Positions 1-9,654 of a stretch of DNA of 64,000 bases are shown here, one piece after another. A model generated the notes under the pieces. The model was not told where the DNA came from and made no database searches. It saw only the letters and a program-made list of their open reading frames with translations. The stretch is taken from IMG/VR virus record IMGVR_UViG_3300042691_039794, positions 11,565 to 75,564 of that record, one strand, 5' to 3'. Both the position numbers and the translations under genes were made by a program. Numbering within the stretch: position 1 is the first letter of the stretch; every line of letters begins with the position of its first letter. Origin of the DNA: a virus.

Positions 1-1
1 A

Positions 2-451
2 ATATTTCCGTCAGGGAATGGTGAGTTGGCTGAAATGGATAAAATGGCATACACCCCATCTGATGCGGTTGGTGAATATATCGAAAACTTCACAGCGGCG
101 GCGTTGGAAAACATTGATTACGACACTTTCGAACCAAACAAAGAATGGGTTGACGATAATATTGTAGGGTCTTCAAGAACCGGTAATAATCCAGATTGGG
201 CAAATGCAGTAGAAACACCTACAAACAAAAAAAGAAAAGAAATCAAAGACAAAAATCTTTGGAGAAAAACTGAGTTAAAGGCCTACAATAAAGCACCACA
301 ACCTGTGTATAAAGAAACTGCAGGAAATAGTAAAGATGGGTCATCAAATATAATGAAAGCTTTGGAAAGTCATAACAGAGAAGATAAAAAGTTGACAGAG
401 GAATTTTCTAGAATGAAAAACTTGATTGGGTACTCTTCAAAAACTCAATAA
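2..451 (+). CDS. 3' part of a hypothetical phage protein (starts before the window)
   Basis: Frame is open from position 2. Ends EEFSRMKNLIGY, a helix motif often seen in large-phage late proteins. Confidence 0.75.
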   Translation: MFPSGNGELAEMDKMAYTPSDAVGEYIENFTAAALENIDYDTFEPNKEWVDDNIVGSSRTGNNPDWANAVETPTNKKRKEIKDKNLWRKTELKAYNKAPQPVYKETAGNSKDGSSNIMKALESHNREDKKLTEEFSRMKNLIGYSSKTQ

Positions 452-491
452 TTTACTTTTATAATCTTCTTAATAGTTTTTCATGTAAGTC

Positions 492-962
492 ATGGAAAAT
501 AACTTTTACGAATATATTGCAAGACCACTTTCTAAAGAAGAAATTGATATTTTAATAAAAAGAAATAATATAATACCAGAAAAGATGGAGTTATATTATG
601 ATTTCTGTTTTTCTTTATACAATCTAATACTAGAAACTTTTTTAGGTGACACATCTTCAGTCAATGAAACAAAAGTCGAAATGAATGAGTCCGACATGGT
701 AAATCATTTTAATTGGTGTTGGCAAAAAACAATCAACAATTTTGAGAAAGAAGGCATCAATTTCAATACTGATGGGGACCATAAATTTTATTTCAAGGAT
801 TTTTTCCTTGAAATTTTTTATTTGCAAAAAAATGATAAAATTAAAAGTGCGATAGACATTTTTTTTGAAGACATTTTCGGTAAAGACAAAAAATACACTC
901 AATCAGACATGGACATAATGTTGAATATTTACAACTACTTAGATAGAAATTTAATCATATAG
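492..962 (+). CDS. hypothetical protein
   Basis: 156-aa ORF preceded by a TTTACT...TAGTTT promoter-like sequence. Confidence 0.8.
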   Translation: MENNFYEYIARPLSKEEIDILIKRNNIIPEKMELYYDFCFSLYNLILETFLGDTSSVNETKVEMNESDMVNHFNWCWQKTINNFEKEGINFNTDGDHKFYFKDFFLEIFYLQKNDKIKSAIDIFFEDIFGKDKKYTQSDMDIMLNIYNYLDRNLII

Positions 963-964
963 TG

Positions 965-993
965 TTTACAAAAACACTTTTTAAGAATAAATT
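965..993 (+). promoter_or_regulatory. sigma70-like promoter TTTACA-N17-TAAATT
   Basis: Same 17-nt spacing recurs at 13621, 32026, 3980 and 50240. Confidence 0.5.
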
Positions 994-1025
994 ATAAATA
1001 ATAAACGATTTTAAAAAAACAAAAA

Positions 1026-1202
1026 ATGAATACGTTAGAACAAATCAAAACACTTACCGAACAACTTAACAGTGATACTACAAAGTTTTTTAATGGTAAC
1101 AAAAGTGCTGGTACAAGAGCAAGAAAATCGGCACAAGAACTAAAGGCATTATTACAATTATTAAGAACTGAAATTTTGAATCATAAAAAAACAGACCAAT
1201 GA
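1026..1202 (+). CDS. histone H1-like Hc1-family small protein (58 aa, not in the ORF track)
   Basis: MNTLEQIK...KFFNGNKSAGTRARKSAQELK; GNKxAGTRARK is the Hc1 signature. Confidence 0.8.
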   Translation: MNTLEQIKTLTEQLNSDTTKFFNGNKSAGTRARKSAQELKALLQLLRTEILNHKKTDQ

Positions 1203-1387
1203 TCAAATTAGAAACTTTTTTATTTTTCATTTTTGTATTTTCTTGTTTATCTTTGATAAACATAGTTGTAAAATTTATAGTCAACTTGTTACAACCTAAA
1301 CCTGATAAAATTAAACTTACGAGACAGGAACTATTTTTCTATGGTTTTACTCTTAGTTATATATTGACATACTTAATAAAAAATTAA
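1199..1387 (+). CDS. small two-TM membrane protein
   Basis: Two hydrophobic segments; ATGA overlap with the upstream gene. Confidence 0.7.
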   Translation: MIKLETFLFFIFVFSCLSLINIVVKFIVNLLQPKPDKIKLTRQELFFYGFTLSYILTYLIKN

Positions 1388-1389
1388 TA

Positions 1390-1794
1390 ATGAGTTTATT
1401 CAACGAATTTAACATTTTGTTTCCGTATTTGAACTCGGTCCGAAAATTAGAGAATTATCTATCTTTTGACGTGGAATTTCCAAAAAAATGGAAAATACCT
1501 AAAAGGTTTGTCAATGAAGAGCAAATAGTAGAAAGAACAGAGTCAGGTTCAGAATTCAGAAATTTTTCATTTGTTTGCCCTTTTGTTGAAAATGGTGTAG
1601 AAGAAACAATTAAAAATCTAAAAAGTATCATTTCATACAATAAAGAATTAGAAGAAAAAGAAAAATTGTTTAACTCAAAAGTACAAGAACTTAAAAATAT
1701 TTTTGAAAAACAAAATTTAGAAAAATTACATAGCTTGAAATTTGAATTAATTAATAAAGAATTAACTTTTGATGATGGAGAAGAAACCAAATAG
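1390..1794 (+). CDS. hypothetical protein with C-terminal coiled coil
   Basis: 134-aa ORF in operon. Confidence 0.8.
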   Translation: MSLFNEFNILFPYLNSVRKLENYLSFDVEFPKKWKIPKRFVNEEQIVERTESGSEFRNFSFVCPFVENGVEETIKNLKSIISYNKELEEKEKLFNSKVQELKNIFEKQNLEKLHSLKFELINKELTFDDGEETK

Positions 1795-1978
1795 TAAGTT
1801 AGAAAAAGAAATTGATTGGTATTTGAATGAAATCGAAAAAGATAAAAAAGATCTTGAACTACAAAAAGAAAGTTTTATTGAAAACATAAAAAAATTCAAT
1901 AAAGAAGATCTATTACCAAAAAAACCACAAAAGTTAACAATATGGCAAAAAATAAGGAAGTCATTGATGGGATATTAG
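1769..1978 (+). CDS. hypothetical protein
   Basis: Overlapping-operon ORF; ATG start likely at 1772 or 1775. Confidence 0.7.
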   Translation: MMMEKKPNSKLEKEIDWYLNEIEKDKKDLELQKESFIENIKKFNKEDLLPKKPQKLTIWQKIRKSLMGY

Positions 1979-2256
1979 AAAAACTTGCGTTGATCTCCGA
2001 AGCTAGTCAAGATATATTTGAAGACGCAAAACCAACAATAATATACGAACTGTCAGATAAGGACTATAAGGAGGTCCAAGACAATTTCAGAGACGTTGAT
2101 AAAAAATACAATAAGTTCAGAATAGAAATTTCAGGCGTAGATTTTATTATCATTAATTCAGAAAAAGTTGAAGATAAAAAAGTTGAAGAAGTTACATTAA
2201 TGACCAAAATAAAAAGATTATTTTCTAAAAGTAGTAAATCTCCTGTAAAGAATTGA
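1942..2256 (+). CDS. hypothetical protein
   Basis: 104-aa ORF. Confidence 0.7.
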   Translation: MAKNKEVIDGILEKLALISEASQDIFEDAKPTIIYELSDKDYKEVQDNFRDVDKKYNKFRIEISGVDFIIINSEKVEDKKVEEVTLMTKIKRLFSKSSKSPVKN

Positions 2257-2850
2257 TTTATCAATTCCAAAAGAACTAAGTTGTTCATACAATAATTTTT
2301 TCTGAACGGATGAAGTATCTGTAACAACGATACAATCCGTTCTTTTTTTGTCTATTAAAAAATTAGATAGACATTTCAAAAATCTTAAAGATTCGTCACT
2401 TGTTTTGAAAGTAAACATAGAAAAGTTATTATCTTCTTGTACAAAAATTTTATTGTTTAAAACAAAAACTATCTTTATCACATTTGTTGATAAATAATTT
2501 TCATAAAAATCTGTAAGATCTATTTTTTTATTTTTTTGATTATCGACAAATTTTTCTTCGATCGAAAACTTACTAATTTCTATCAGTTTATATTTGGAAT
2601 CATCTAAATCCAATTTTATTTGTCTTCCATAGTCGTCTTTGAAAAAATAACTCGTAAAATCATTTTTGTTTTTAGTTATCAAACCAATTTCAAAGTCACA
2701 AGAATCGTAACCATCAATTATCTTTTCGAAATATACCTCATTACTTTTTTTTAATTCTTCGAAAAAAAATTTAGCCTTTTCCTCTGTTTTAAATTTGTTG
2801 ATTATTTTTTTCTTTTTTTTATTTTTGAAAAGTATTACCATGTAATTCAT
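2218..2850 (-). CDS. hypothetical protein
   Basis: 210-aa ORF, divergent from dnaJ. Confidence 0.75.
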   Translation of the reverse strand: MNYMVILFKNKKKKKIINKFKTEEKAKFFFEELKKSNEVYFEKIIDGYDSCDFEIGLITKNKNDFTSYFFKDDYGRQIKLDLDDSKYKLIEISKFSIEEKFVDNQKNKKIDLTDFYENYLSTNVIKIVFVLNNKIFVQEDNNFSMFTFKTSDESLRFLKCLSNFLIDKKRTDCIVVTDTSSVQKKLLYEQLSSFGIDKSILYRRFTTFRK

Positions 2851-2879
2851 GAATTAATTATAAAAAAATTTTTTTTTAA

Positions 2880-3797
2880 ATGAACAACGAAAACTATTAT
2901 AATATATTGGGAGTGAACGAAAACGTTTCACAGGATGAACTTAAAAAGGTTTATAGAAAACTTGCAAAAGAAAAACATCCAGATGCGGGGGGAAATGAAG
3001 ACGAGTTCAAGAAGATATCAGAAGCATATGATATTTTAGGGAACGAAGAAAAAAGGTCTGATTATGATAGAAGAAGAAAAAACCCATTTGGTGGATTTGG
3101 AGACATGGGGGACATTTTTTCAAGTATGTTCAATCAAAACAAACAAAGAAGATCCGTACCGATTACAAAACTTGATATGAATGTGGGAGTTTTGGAGTCA
3201 TATAAAGGAGTGAAAAAACAAGTTTCTTATCAAAGAAAAAAAATGTGTGACCCTTGTCAAGGATCTGGTGGAAAAAAACAAACTTGTCAAACTTGTAAAG
3301 GAGAAGGGGTGTTATGGAAAGAATTTGGTAGTGGGATGTTTGTTCAGATGGTGCAAACAGTTTGTAATGTGTGTAGTGGTTTTGGTGAAAAAATAATCGA
3401 ACCTTGTTTTGTGTGTAATGGAACAGGAAATAGAGGGGAAATTAAACAAGTTGAAATAAAATTACCACACGGAGTTGATAATGGTCAATTTGTTAAATTA
3501 ACAGGTATGGGTGATTTTGCTGATGGTACATATGGGGATTTAATTGTTAGAGTTAATTTACAACCAGAAAGCAACTTTGACAAGTACGAAAATCATTTAG
3601 TTTATAATGCTTTTTTAAATTTGGATGATATCAAAAATGGAAATCTGAACGTTCCACATCCTGATGGTGAATTGAATGTTAAACTCCCCAAAAAAATAGA
3701 CACATCAATTCCTCTCAGAGTTAAATCCAAAGGATTTAAATACAACACAGTTGGAGATTTGATTATAAATCAATACTTGAGATTTGACAGAGATTAA
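2880..3797 (+). CDS. dnaJ: DnaJ co-chaperone
   Basis: J-domain with HPD, four CxxCxGxG repeats, C-terminal domain (PHGVDNGQ, GDLIV). Confidence 0.95.
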   Translation: MNNENYYNILGVNENVSQDELKKVYRKLAKEKHPDAGGNEDEFKKISEAYDILGNEEKRSDYDRRRKNPFGGFGDMGDIFSSMFNQNKQRRSVPITKLDMNVGVLESYKGVKKQVSYQRKKMCDPCQGSGGKKQTCQTCKGEGVLWKEFGSGMFVQMVQTVCNVCSGFGEKIIEPCFVCNGTGNRGEIKQVEIKLPHGVDNGQFVKLTGMGDFADGTYGDLIVRVNLQPESNFDKYENHLVYNAFLNLDDIKNGNLNVPHPDGELNVKLPKKIDTSIPLRVKSKGFKYNTVGDLIINQYLRFDRD

Positions 3798-3955
3798 AAA
3801 AGTGATTTAATATCTTTGATCATAGATATCAATCCATATATTGATAGAAAGGTCATTATTCCACCCAAAATAAAAACTAATCTTTGGGTAATTTTAACTT
3901 GTTTACTTTCCTTACAAGTTGGGCATTTAACTTCTGTTGCTTTTTTATTTTCCAT
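3794..3955 (-). CDS. small membrane protein with CxxC (53 aa, not in track)
   Basis: MENKKATEVKCPTCK...LVFILGGIMTFLSIYGLISMI. Confidence 0.6.
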   Translation of the reverse strand: MENKKATEVKCPTCKESKQVKITQRLVFILGGIMTFLSIYGLISMIKDIKSLF

Positions 3956-3979
3956 ACTTATAATTTAATTATCAGTCAG

Positions 3980-4010
3980 TTGAAAATAAATATCAAAAAC
4001 ACTATATTTG
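3980..4010 (+). promoter_or_regulatory. host-type promoter TTGAAA-N17-TATATTTG, 4 nt before ATG
   Basis: Matches the Bacteroidota -7 consensus TAnnTTTG. Confidence 0.65.
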
Positions 4011-4014
4011 AACT

Positions 4015-4854
4015 ATGTTAAGTTATATTGGAGGTAAAAGTAAGATTGGAAAGTGGATCGTCCCTTTCTATGATAAAAATATGGAGGTTTATTTAGAGAC
4101 CTTTGGAGGGATGTTTTGGTGTTTTTATAATATGGACCTAAAACAATTTCCAAACCTAAAAAAAGTTGTTTATAACGACTTTAACCCACTTAATTACAAT
4201 TTATTCAAGTGCGTTCAAAACCCAACAGAATTACTACGATCAATCAACTCTATTGATTGTCAAAAACAGGGGGTTGATGTTACACCTGAACTATATCGTG
4301 AACAATTTGTAAGCTTTCAGGCTGAAATTTTTAATCAAGGTTTCAGCGTACAACCTGGCAATTATGAAGTGGCCGCCAAATACGTTTATATTCTAACACA
4401 AGTTTTCAGTGGGTCAAAACCTGAAACATCAAACTTCATTGATCTTAAAGGAAAATACAAATCAAAGTATCTTACGTTTAGAGACAAGTTATCTAAACCT
4501 GATTGGGTGGATCATTTTTTAAAAATCACTGACGTTGAGAATATGGATTTTTCCGATGTAGTTCAAAAGTATGACTCACCATCAACATACATTTATTTGG
4601 ATCCGCCTTATTGGAAAACTGAAAACTACTACTCAAACCACGACTTTGATAGACAAGATCATGAGAGGTTGGCAAACGTATTACACGGAGTCCAAGGTAA
4701 GTTTTCATTATCATATTATGATTTTGAACTACTTCACAAGTGGTTTCCTGAAGATCAATATACTTGGGTTAGAAAAGAATTTGCAAAGGCGGCGGCAGCC
4801 AAGAAGGGTGAGAAACAAAACATGGGGGAAGAATTACTTATTATGAACTATTAA
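4015..4854 (+). CDS. D12/Dam-class DNA adenine methyltransferase
   Basis: YIGGKS, ETFGG, NDFN and YLDPPY motifs. Confidence 0.9.
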   Translation: MLSYIGGKSKIGKWIVPFYDKNMEVYLETFGGMFWCFYNMDLKQFPNLKKVVYNDFNPLNYNLFKCVQNPTELLRSINSIDCQKQGVDVTPELYREQFVSFQAEIFNQGFSVQPGNYEVAAKYVYILTQVFSGSKPETSNFIDLKGKYKSKYLTFRDKLSKPDWVDHFLKITDVENMDFSDVVQKYDSPSTYIYLDPPYWKTENYYSNHDFDRQDHERLANVLHGVQGKFSLSYYDFELLHKWFPEDQYTWVRKEFAKAAAAKKGEKQNMGEELLIMNY

Positions 4855-4872
4855 TTTTTTTTTATAATCAAA

Positions 4873-4880
4873 TATTTATT
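4873..4880 (+). promoter_or_regulatory. late-type motif TATTTATT
   Basis: Recurs before about 12 genes in the window. Confidence 0.55.
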
Positions 4881-4894
4881 AAAAAAACAAATTC

Positions 4895-6793
4895 ATGGAC
4901 TTAGTCAAAATATTGTCTACTGTAGTAGAAAAAAAATCTATTAGTACAAAACTTGTTATTAATGAGGCGTTGTCAAAAAAAGTAATTGAGAAACTTTTGA
5001 AAAAATTTAAAACGCAAACAAAAGATGACGATTCGGTTATTCTTAAAACAATCGAAGGTTTTAGTAAATTCAAAGATAGTTTACCAACTGGTAAGAGGGA
5101 TATTACTCAATATGATTATTTACCTTTAAAAAATATCGTTCTAACTAAAGAAACAAAAAAATTAGAAAAAGAATCATATCCAAAATACATAGAACAAAAT
5201 AAAGGGGCCAATAAAAACGATGTAAAAAAAGCCCTTAAAAAATATTTTGAGTTGTATCCTTTGTTGGCTCCAAATCAAAGAAATTTAGACAACCTACCAT
5301 ACCTGAAATTAATTGAATTCTTACAACAAAAGTTTAATACAATTATTACAGCCGCGGCAACAAAAAAGTTCAAAGAAGAAGCACCTTCAATCACAAATGA
5401 GCAATTAATTTATTATATATCTGCTTACTTAGACAACTATAATAACTTGCCTGAAACTACACCACCAATATTATTCATGACTTTTGAACAATTGGAACAT
5501 GTGGTTGATGGTTTGGGTGGAATTTCTGACGATTTGAAAAAACCAAAAGGTCAGTATGACGACATCGAAAGAATCTATGATCAAGACAACCTTTTGATAT
5601 TTAAACCAAACGGAAAAGAACAATGTGTAAGATTGGCACATGGTAGAAGTTGGTGTATATCAAGAGAAGGAGGAAGTAATCTTTATTACAATTATAGATT
5701 AGATAAAAATTTAACAATCTACTATGTTATAGATTTAGATAAACCATACGGTGATTTAGATTTTGCTAGTGTAATACTTGTTGATAAATACGGTAGAAAA
5801 AGAATTGCAGATGGAAAAAATATGGCAGGAGGATACTCTGGACATAACGTAGAAAGTTGGGACACAATAAGTAAAAAAGTTCCAAAAATTGCCGACAAAG
5901 AGAATTTATTTGTACCTGACCCATTAACTGATGAAGAACAGGATCTATTTTACAAATATAGAAATGCATCAGTAAGTCAAGATGCGGTAAAAGAATTAGG
6001 AAGTGTACACGCAGCAGAAATGTGGTTAGAATTAAGAAGCCCGGATCTTAGCAATTATTCAAACGGAAGTACTGTATATTCAAATTTACCTGACGAACTT
6101 AAGAAAAAATATATAAGTTTAGATTTAGGACTGACATCTGAAATGATTAAAAATTCTTCACCTGAGGTTTTAAAACTTTATGCGTCACGTCAATTAGAAA
6201 AGATACTTAGAAAGTCACTAAAAGAATTGAAAAGCACTGATATTAGTTTCTTAAAAACACCAATTATGGCTCAACATAAGGAAGGTTTGAAAGAAAGATT
6301 TGCTAGTGAATTAACTATGGGCGGTAATGACAAAGGATATATTTCTTTGGAATACCCTAACGATATAAGTTCCAAATTTGCCGCTTTGTATGGTTTTGAT
6401 ACTTTTTTCGATTCATTACCAAATGACATTGAGTTTTTAACTTTGGAAAATAAATCAGGAGAACCTATGACGGAAAAAATACCTGAAAGTATTTCGAGAT
6501 TCCAAAATCTAACCACATTGGTTATTATAAATTTTATAGATGAATTACCAAACAACATTGGAGATTTGAAAAATTTAGGTTTTTTGAGTATTAATGATTG
6601 TCCGAATCTAAAATCTTTTCCCGACTCTATTTCCAAACTCAGTTGTTTAGAGTATTTTTCACTCGAAGGATCAAACACCTCACATTTAAAATTACCTGAA
6701 AGCGCAAAACCATATATGAAACTTCATTCTGATTTTGTTGAGTTAGATTTTCCTGAGAATATGAGACAACATTGCGAACCAATAAAATATTAG
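4895..6793 (+). CDS. putative late protein: conserved WC (PcfJ-like) domain plus C-terminal leucine-rich repeats
   Basis: KP...SWCIS...YYVID motif; LRRs IPESISRFQNLTTLVI, LPNNIGDLKNLGFLSI, FPDSISKLSCLEYFSL. Confidence 0.8.
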   Translation: MDLVKILSTVVEKKSISTKLVINEALSKKVIEKLLKKFKTQTKDDDSVILKTIEGFSKFKDSLPTGKRDITQYDYLPLKNIVLTKETKKLEKESYPKYIEQNKGANKNDVKKALKKYFELYPLLAPNQRNLDNLPYLKLIEFLQQKFNTIITAAATKKFKEEAPSITNEQLIYYISAYLDNYNNLPETTPPILFMTFEQLEHVVDGLGGISDDLKKPKGQYDDIERIYDQDNLLIFKPNGKEQCVRLAHGRSWCISREGGSNLYYNYRLDKNLTIYYVIDLDKPYGDLDFASVILVDKYGRKRIADGKNMAGGYSGHNVESWDTISKKVPKIADKENLFVPDPLTDEEQDLFYKYRNASVSQDAVKELGSVHAAEMWLELRSPDLSNYSNGSTVYSNLPDELKKKYISLDLGLTSEMIKNSSPEVLKLYASRQLEKILRKSLKELKSTDISFLKTPIMAQHKEGLKERFASELTMGGNDKGYISLEYPNDISSKFAALYGFDTFFDSLPNDIEFLTLENKSGEPMTEKIPESISRFQNLTTLVIINFIDELPNNIGDLKNLGFLSINDCPNLKSFPDSISKLSCLEYFSLEGSNTSHLKLPESAKPYMKLHSDFVELDFPENMRQHCEPIKY

Positions 6794-6796
6794 AAT

Positions 6797-7093
6797 ATGA
6801 AAAACATAGATTGTGAGATCTACATAAGCCAACTAATTTCTTTCTTTGAAAACAACCCAAACGATTTAATGATTTTGATTGGGGACTTACAAAAAAAAGA
6901 TTTCTACGATAAGTTAAAAGAGAGGTGTAAAAAAAATTCTGAAAATGGAGATGATTACATTTTGAGTCGACAACAGATTGTTGACATCATATTAGAATTA
7001 AAAATACCCGAACTTAATAATGTTGTAGACCCACAAAACCTTATTGATGGTGTGATACAAAAAACCAAATGGGGAGAAATTAATTTAAATTAA
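6797..7093 (+). CDS. hypothetical protein
   Basis: 98-aa ORF. Confidence 0.8.
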   Translation: MKNIDCEIYISQLISFFENNPNDLMILIGDLQKKDFYDKLKERCKKNSENGDDYILSRQQIVDIILELKIPELNNVVDPQNLIDGVIQKTKWGEINLN

Positions 7094-7127
7094 ACTCAAA
7101 AAAATTTTATAATTAAAAAAAAAGTTT

Positions 7128-7135
7128 TATCTTTG
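7128..7135 (+). promoter_or_regulatory. TAnnTTTG promoter
   Basis: TATCTTTG upstream of the DUF932 gene. Confidence 0.55.
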
Positions 7136-7157
7136 TATTCTAATAACAAAACAATAT

Positions 7158-7913
7158 ATGGAATACACATCAGAACTAATCAAAAAATTTGCCCCTTCGG
7201 CATTCGCAACTTCCCCATCTCCAAAAATGACAAACAAATATACCTTTGTTCCTACGGATCAGGTTATTGAGTTTTTTGATCGTGAAGGATGGAAAGTTTC
7301 ATCAGTAAAACAAACTGGTAAAGGTATACATGGTCTTCACGAGATCAAGTTTCGAAACAGTGAATTACCAAAAGTAGGAGACACTTTGGTTGAGGCCATA
7401 ATCCGTAATTCACACAACGGCACATCGGCTTTCTCCATGAGTGCAGGACTTTTTCGTTTGGTATGTTCTAACGGACTTACAGTACCAACCGCAGTTGCTG
7501 AAAAATTTACAATGAGACACAATCATTTTGGTCTTGATGATGTTAAAGAGTTGGCTGACAATTTTTCAAAAAAACTACCTTTAATTGAAACATCAGTCGG
7601 AAGTATGATGGCTCGTGAGTTAAACACAGATGAAAAAATTGATTTTGTTCGCAAATCTGCACAAATCCGTTTTGGAGTTGAAAAAACTTTGAACGATTTG
7701 GAAATCATGAACTTGTTAACCCCGAACCGAAAAGACGATGAAGGAGACGACATGTGGAGAATCTTTAACGTAGTACAAGAAAAATTTGTAAGAGGAGGAG
7801 CACAGGTGATGAACAACAAAGGACGAGTTGTTAAAATGAGAAAAATTGATAACATACTTTCTCAAAACACAATCAATACGAAACTTTGGCAATTAGCGGA
7901 AGAAATGATTTAA
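7158..7913 (+). CDS. DUF932/DUF945-family protein
   Basis: NSHNG...GLFRLVCSNGL and WRIFNVVQE motifs. Confidence 0.85.
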   Translation: MEYTSELIKKFAPSAFATSPSPKMTNKYTFVPTDQVIEFFDREGWKVSSVKQTGKGIHGLHEIKFRNSELPKVGDTLVEAIIRNSHNGTSAFSMSAGLFRLVCSNGLTVPTAVAEKFTMRHNHFGLDDVKELADNFSKKLPLIETSVGSMMARELNTDEKIDFVRKSAQIRFGVEKTLNDLEIMNLLTPNRKDDEGDDMWRIFNVVQEKFVRGGAQVMNNKGRVVKMRKIDNILSQNTINTKLWQLAEEMI

Positions 7914-7918
7914 TTAAT

Positions 7919-7949
7919 AAAAAGTGGTGACTTTGTTACCACTTTTTTT
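7919..7949 (+). terminator. intrinsic terminator
   Basis: AAGTGGTGAC-TTT-GTTACCACTT followed by a T tract. Confidence 0.8.
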
Positions 7950-7960
7950 ATATTGTAAGT

Positions 7961-8311
7961 ATGGAAGAAAAATTATTATTTAGTAAAGAATCAAATTTTT
8001 TGGATATTTTGGAAAAAACGCAAAATAAAATATATTGTTCTGTGTATCTTTCATCACAATATTCCTTAACTCCCGAATTATTAATGTCAAAAAACTATCA
8101 AGTTGAGTATTTAGATTCTGTTGAGATTAATGGAAAAATATATCACAAACAGGGTATTTTTAAAAACAAATCCAATATTTATTTATATCTTGCTAAAAGC
8201 AAAGTTTCACTATCATCTTATGAAATAAAAGTTTTTTATGAATCAGAAAAAATGAGTGAAGCTTTATTCTTCATTAAAAATTTAAATAAACTAAAAGAAA
8301 ATGGAAATTAG
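7961..8311 (+). CDS. hypothetical protein
   Basis: 116-aa ORF. Confidence 0.7.
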   Translation: MEEKLLFSKESNFLDILEKTQNKIYCSVYLSSQYSLTPELLMSKNYQVEYLDSVEINGKIYHKQGIFKNKSNIYLYLAKSKVSLSSYEIKVFYESEKMSEALFFIKNLNKLKENGN

Positions 8312-8615
8312 TAGTATCGATCTCAATGAAAAGATCAAAAACAATGAAAAATTAATCGTTGAATTTTGGGCTCCTTGGTGTGGTCCTTGTCAAATGATGA
8401 AACCGGTGTTTGAAGGAGTTGCATCAACCAACGAATCCAATGTACAAATGTATACGATGAATATCGATAATAACAGAGAAGTTGCAATGTCATTAGGCAT
8501 AAGAAACATCCCAACTGTAAAAATGTTTAACATGGGTCAAATTGTTGAAACAAGAGTAGGAGTTTTAAATGAATCCCAAATAAAAGAACTTGTAACCGAA
8601 TTAGTAAATGGATAA
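8301..8615 (+). CDS. trxA: thioredoxin
   Basis: FWAPWCGPC and IPT motifs. Confidence 0.95.
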   Translation: MEISSIDLNEKIKNNEKLIVEFWAPWCGPCQMMKPVFEGVASTNESNVQMYTMNIDNNREVAMSLGIRNIPTVKMFNMGQIVETRVGVLNESQIKELVTELVNG

Positions 8616-8901
8616 AATAGTAGTACTTTATACGATGAAATCTTGCCCATTTTGTCATATTTTAAAAGAAATGTTAGAAAAAGAAAATCTACCCTTCATC
8701 GATAGAGATATTGACGAATATCCTGAAGAATATGATTTATTTACAAAGGCAACTGGTAATGAATATGTACCTTCATTTATGACAATTGAATCACCCGAAA
8801 CCTCCCCAATATCAAAATTATTTGCACCTGAAAGAGATTTTGACGAAATTACCGATGGATTACAAATAATAAAAGAATTTTATGAAAAATCCCCTAAATA
8901 A
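8608..8901 (+). CDS. glutaredoxin-like protein
   Basis: YTMKSCPFC and YVP motifs. Confidence 0.85.
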   Translation: MDKIVVLYTMKSCPFCHILKEMLEKENLPFIDRDIDEYPEEYDLFTKATGNEYVPSFMTIESPETSPISKLFAPERDFDEITDGLQIIKEFYEKSPK

Positions 8902-8913
8902 AAGGGGATTTTT
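8885..8913. terminator. bidirectional terminator between convergent genes
   Basis: AAAAATCCCCT...AGGGGATTTTT. Confidence 0.75.
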
Positions 8914-8916
8914 AAT

Positions 8917-9603
8917 TTAGAATATTATTACATCTTTTAATCTATCTTGAACCAAATAAGGTTTTTCAAAATTCTGAAACAATATGTCTTCGTAGAATTC
9001 AAAATTATCGAACCTTTTATTAAACTCAACCAAGTCGAAATCAAAAACATCAAGAATTAAATTTTTGATTACCTGTGTTTCGTAAATTGATTTACACCCA
9101 ATTTCTAAATCATATTCCTCATCCAAATTTTTCAAACGCATTGTCATTTCTTTGATACCTACTGTTGATGATATTTGATTTAGAATATAATGGTAGTAGT
9201 AATAAATTGATCTACCACAATCTAAACTATAACCGAATGGAAATTCAGATCTGACCGATACAAAGTTTTCATCATTATTACTTTCAACATAAACATCTTT
9301 GTGTACTTGTAGTTTTATAAATTTTTTTTCTGAAATTTCTTGATCATATTTTATTACATCAACAATATTGAAAGTTTTGTTTTCATATATCGCCAAATGA
9401 TCATCGAACCATTTAGAAAACTCATCTTGTATTTCAGTTAAATCTAAAATTGTTTTGGAAGTGGTTACGCCATTAACTAAAAAAAAAGGACCACAGTCGG
9501 TAACCTCAATTATAGTTTTTTCTTTTTTGTCGATTTTGGAAAGGATATAATCTGCAAATAAATTTACAGTTGTGTTTTTTGTGTCTCTTATTAATTTTCT
9601 CAT
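8917..9603 (-). CDS. hypothetical protein with degenerate similarity to SAM synthetase (MetK)
   Basis: Pattern ADYILS...EVT...LVNGVTT; GRSIYY..YI; DVFDF...KPY. Catalytic motifs are absent. Confidence 0.45.
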   Translation of the reverse strand: MRKLIRDTKNTTVNLFADYILSKIDKKEKTIIEVTDCGPFFLVNGVTTSKTILDLTEIQDEFSKWFDDHLAIYENKTFNIVDVIKYDQEISEKKFIKLQVHKDVYVESNNDENFVSVRSEFPFGYSLDCGRSIYYYYHYILNQISSTVGIKEMTMRLKNLDEEYDLEIGCKSIYETQVIKNLILDVFDFDLVEFNKRFDNFEFYEDILFQNFEKPYLVQDRLKDVIIF

Positions 9604-9654
9604 TATTGATTTTTAAAAAAAATAATAAATTAAAAAAAAACTATAAACACTTTT

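Noticed and set aside
4015-4854. Naming the gene dam (GATC-specific) or calling a restriction-modification system
   Set aside because: Specificity cannot be read from the sequence, and there is no adjacent endonuclease gene.
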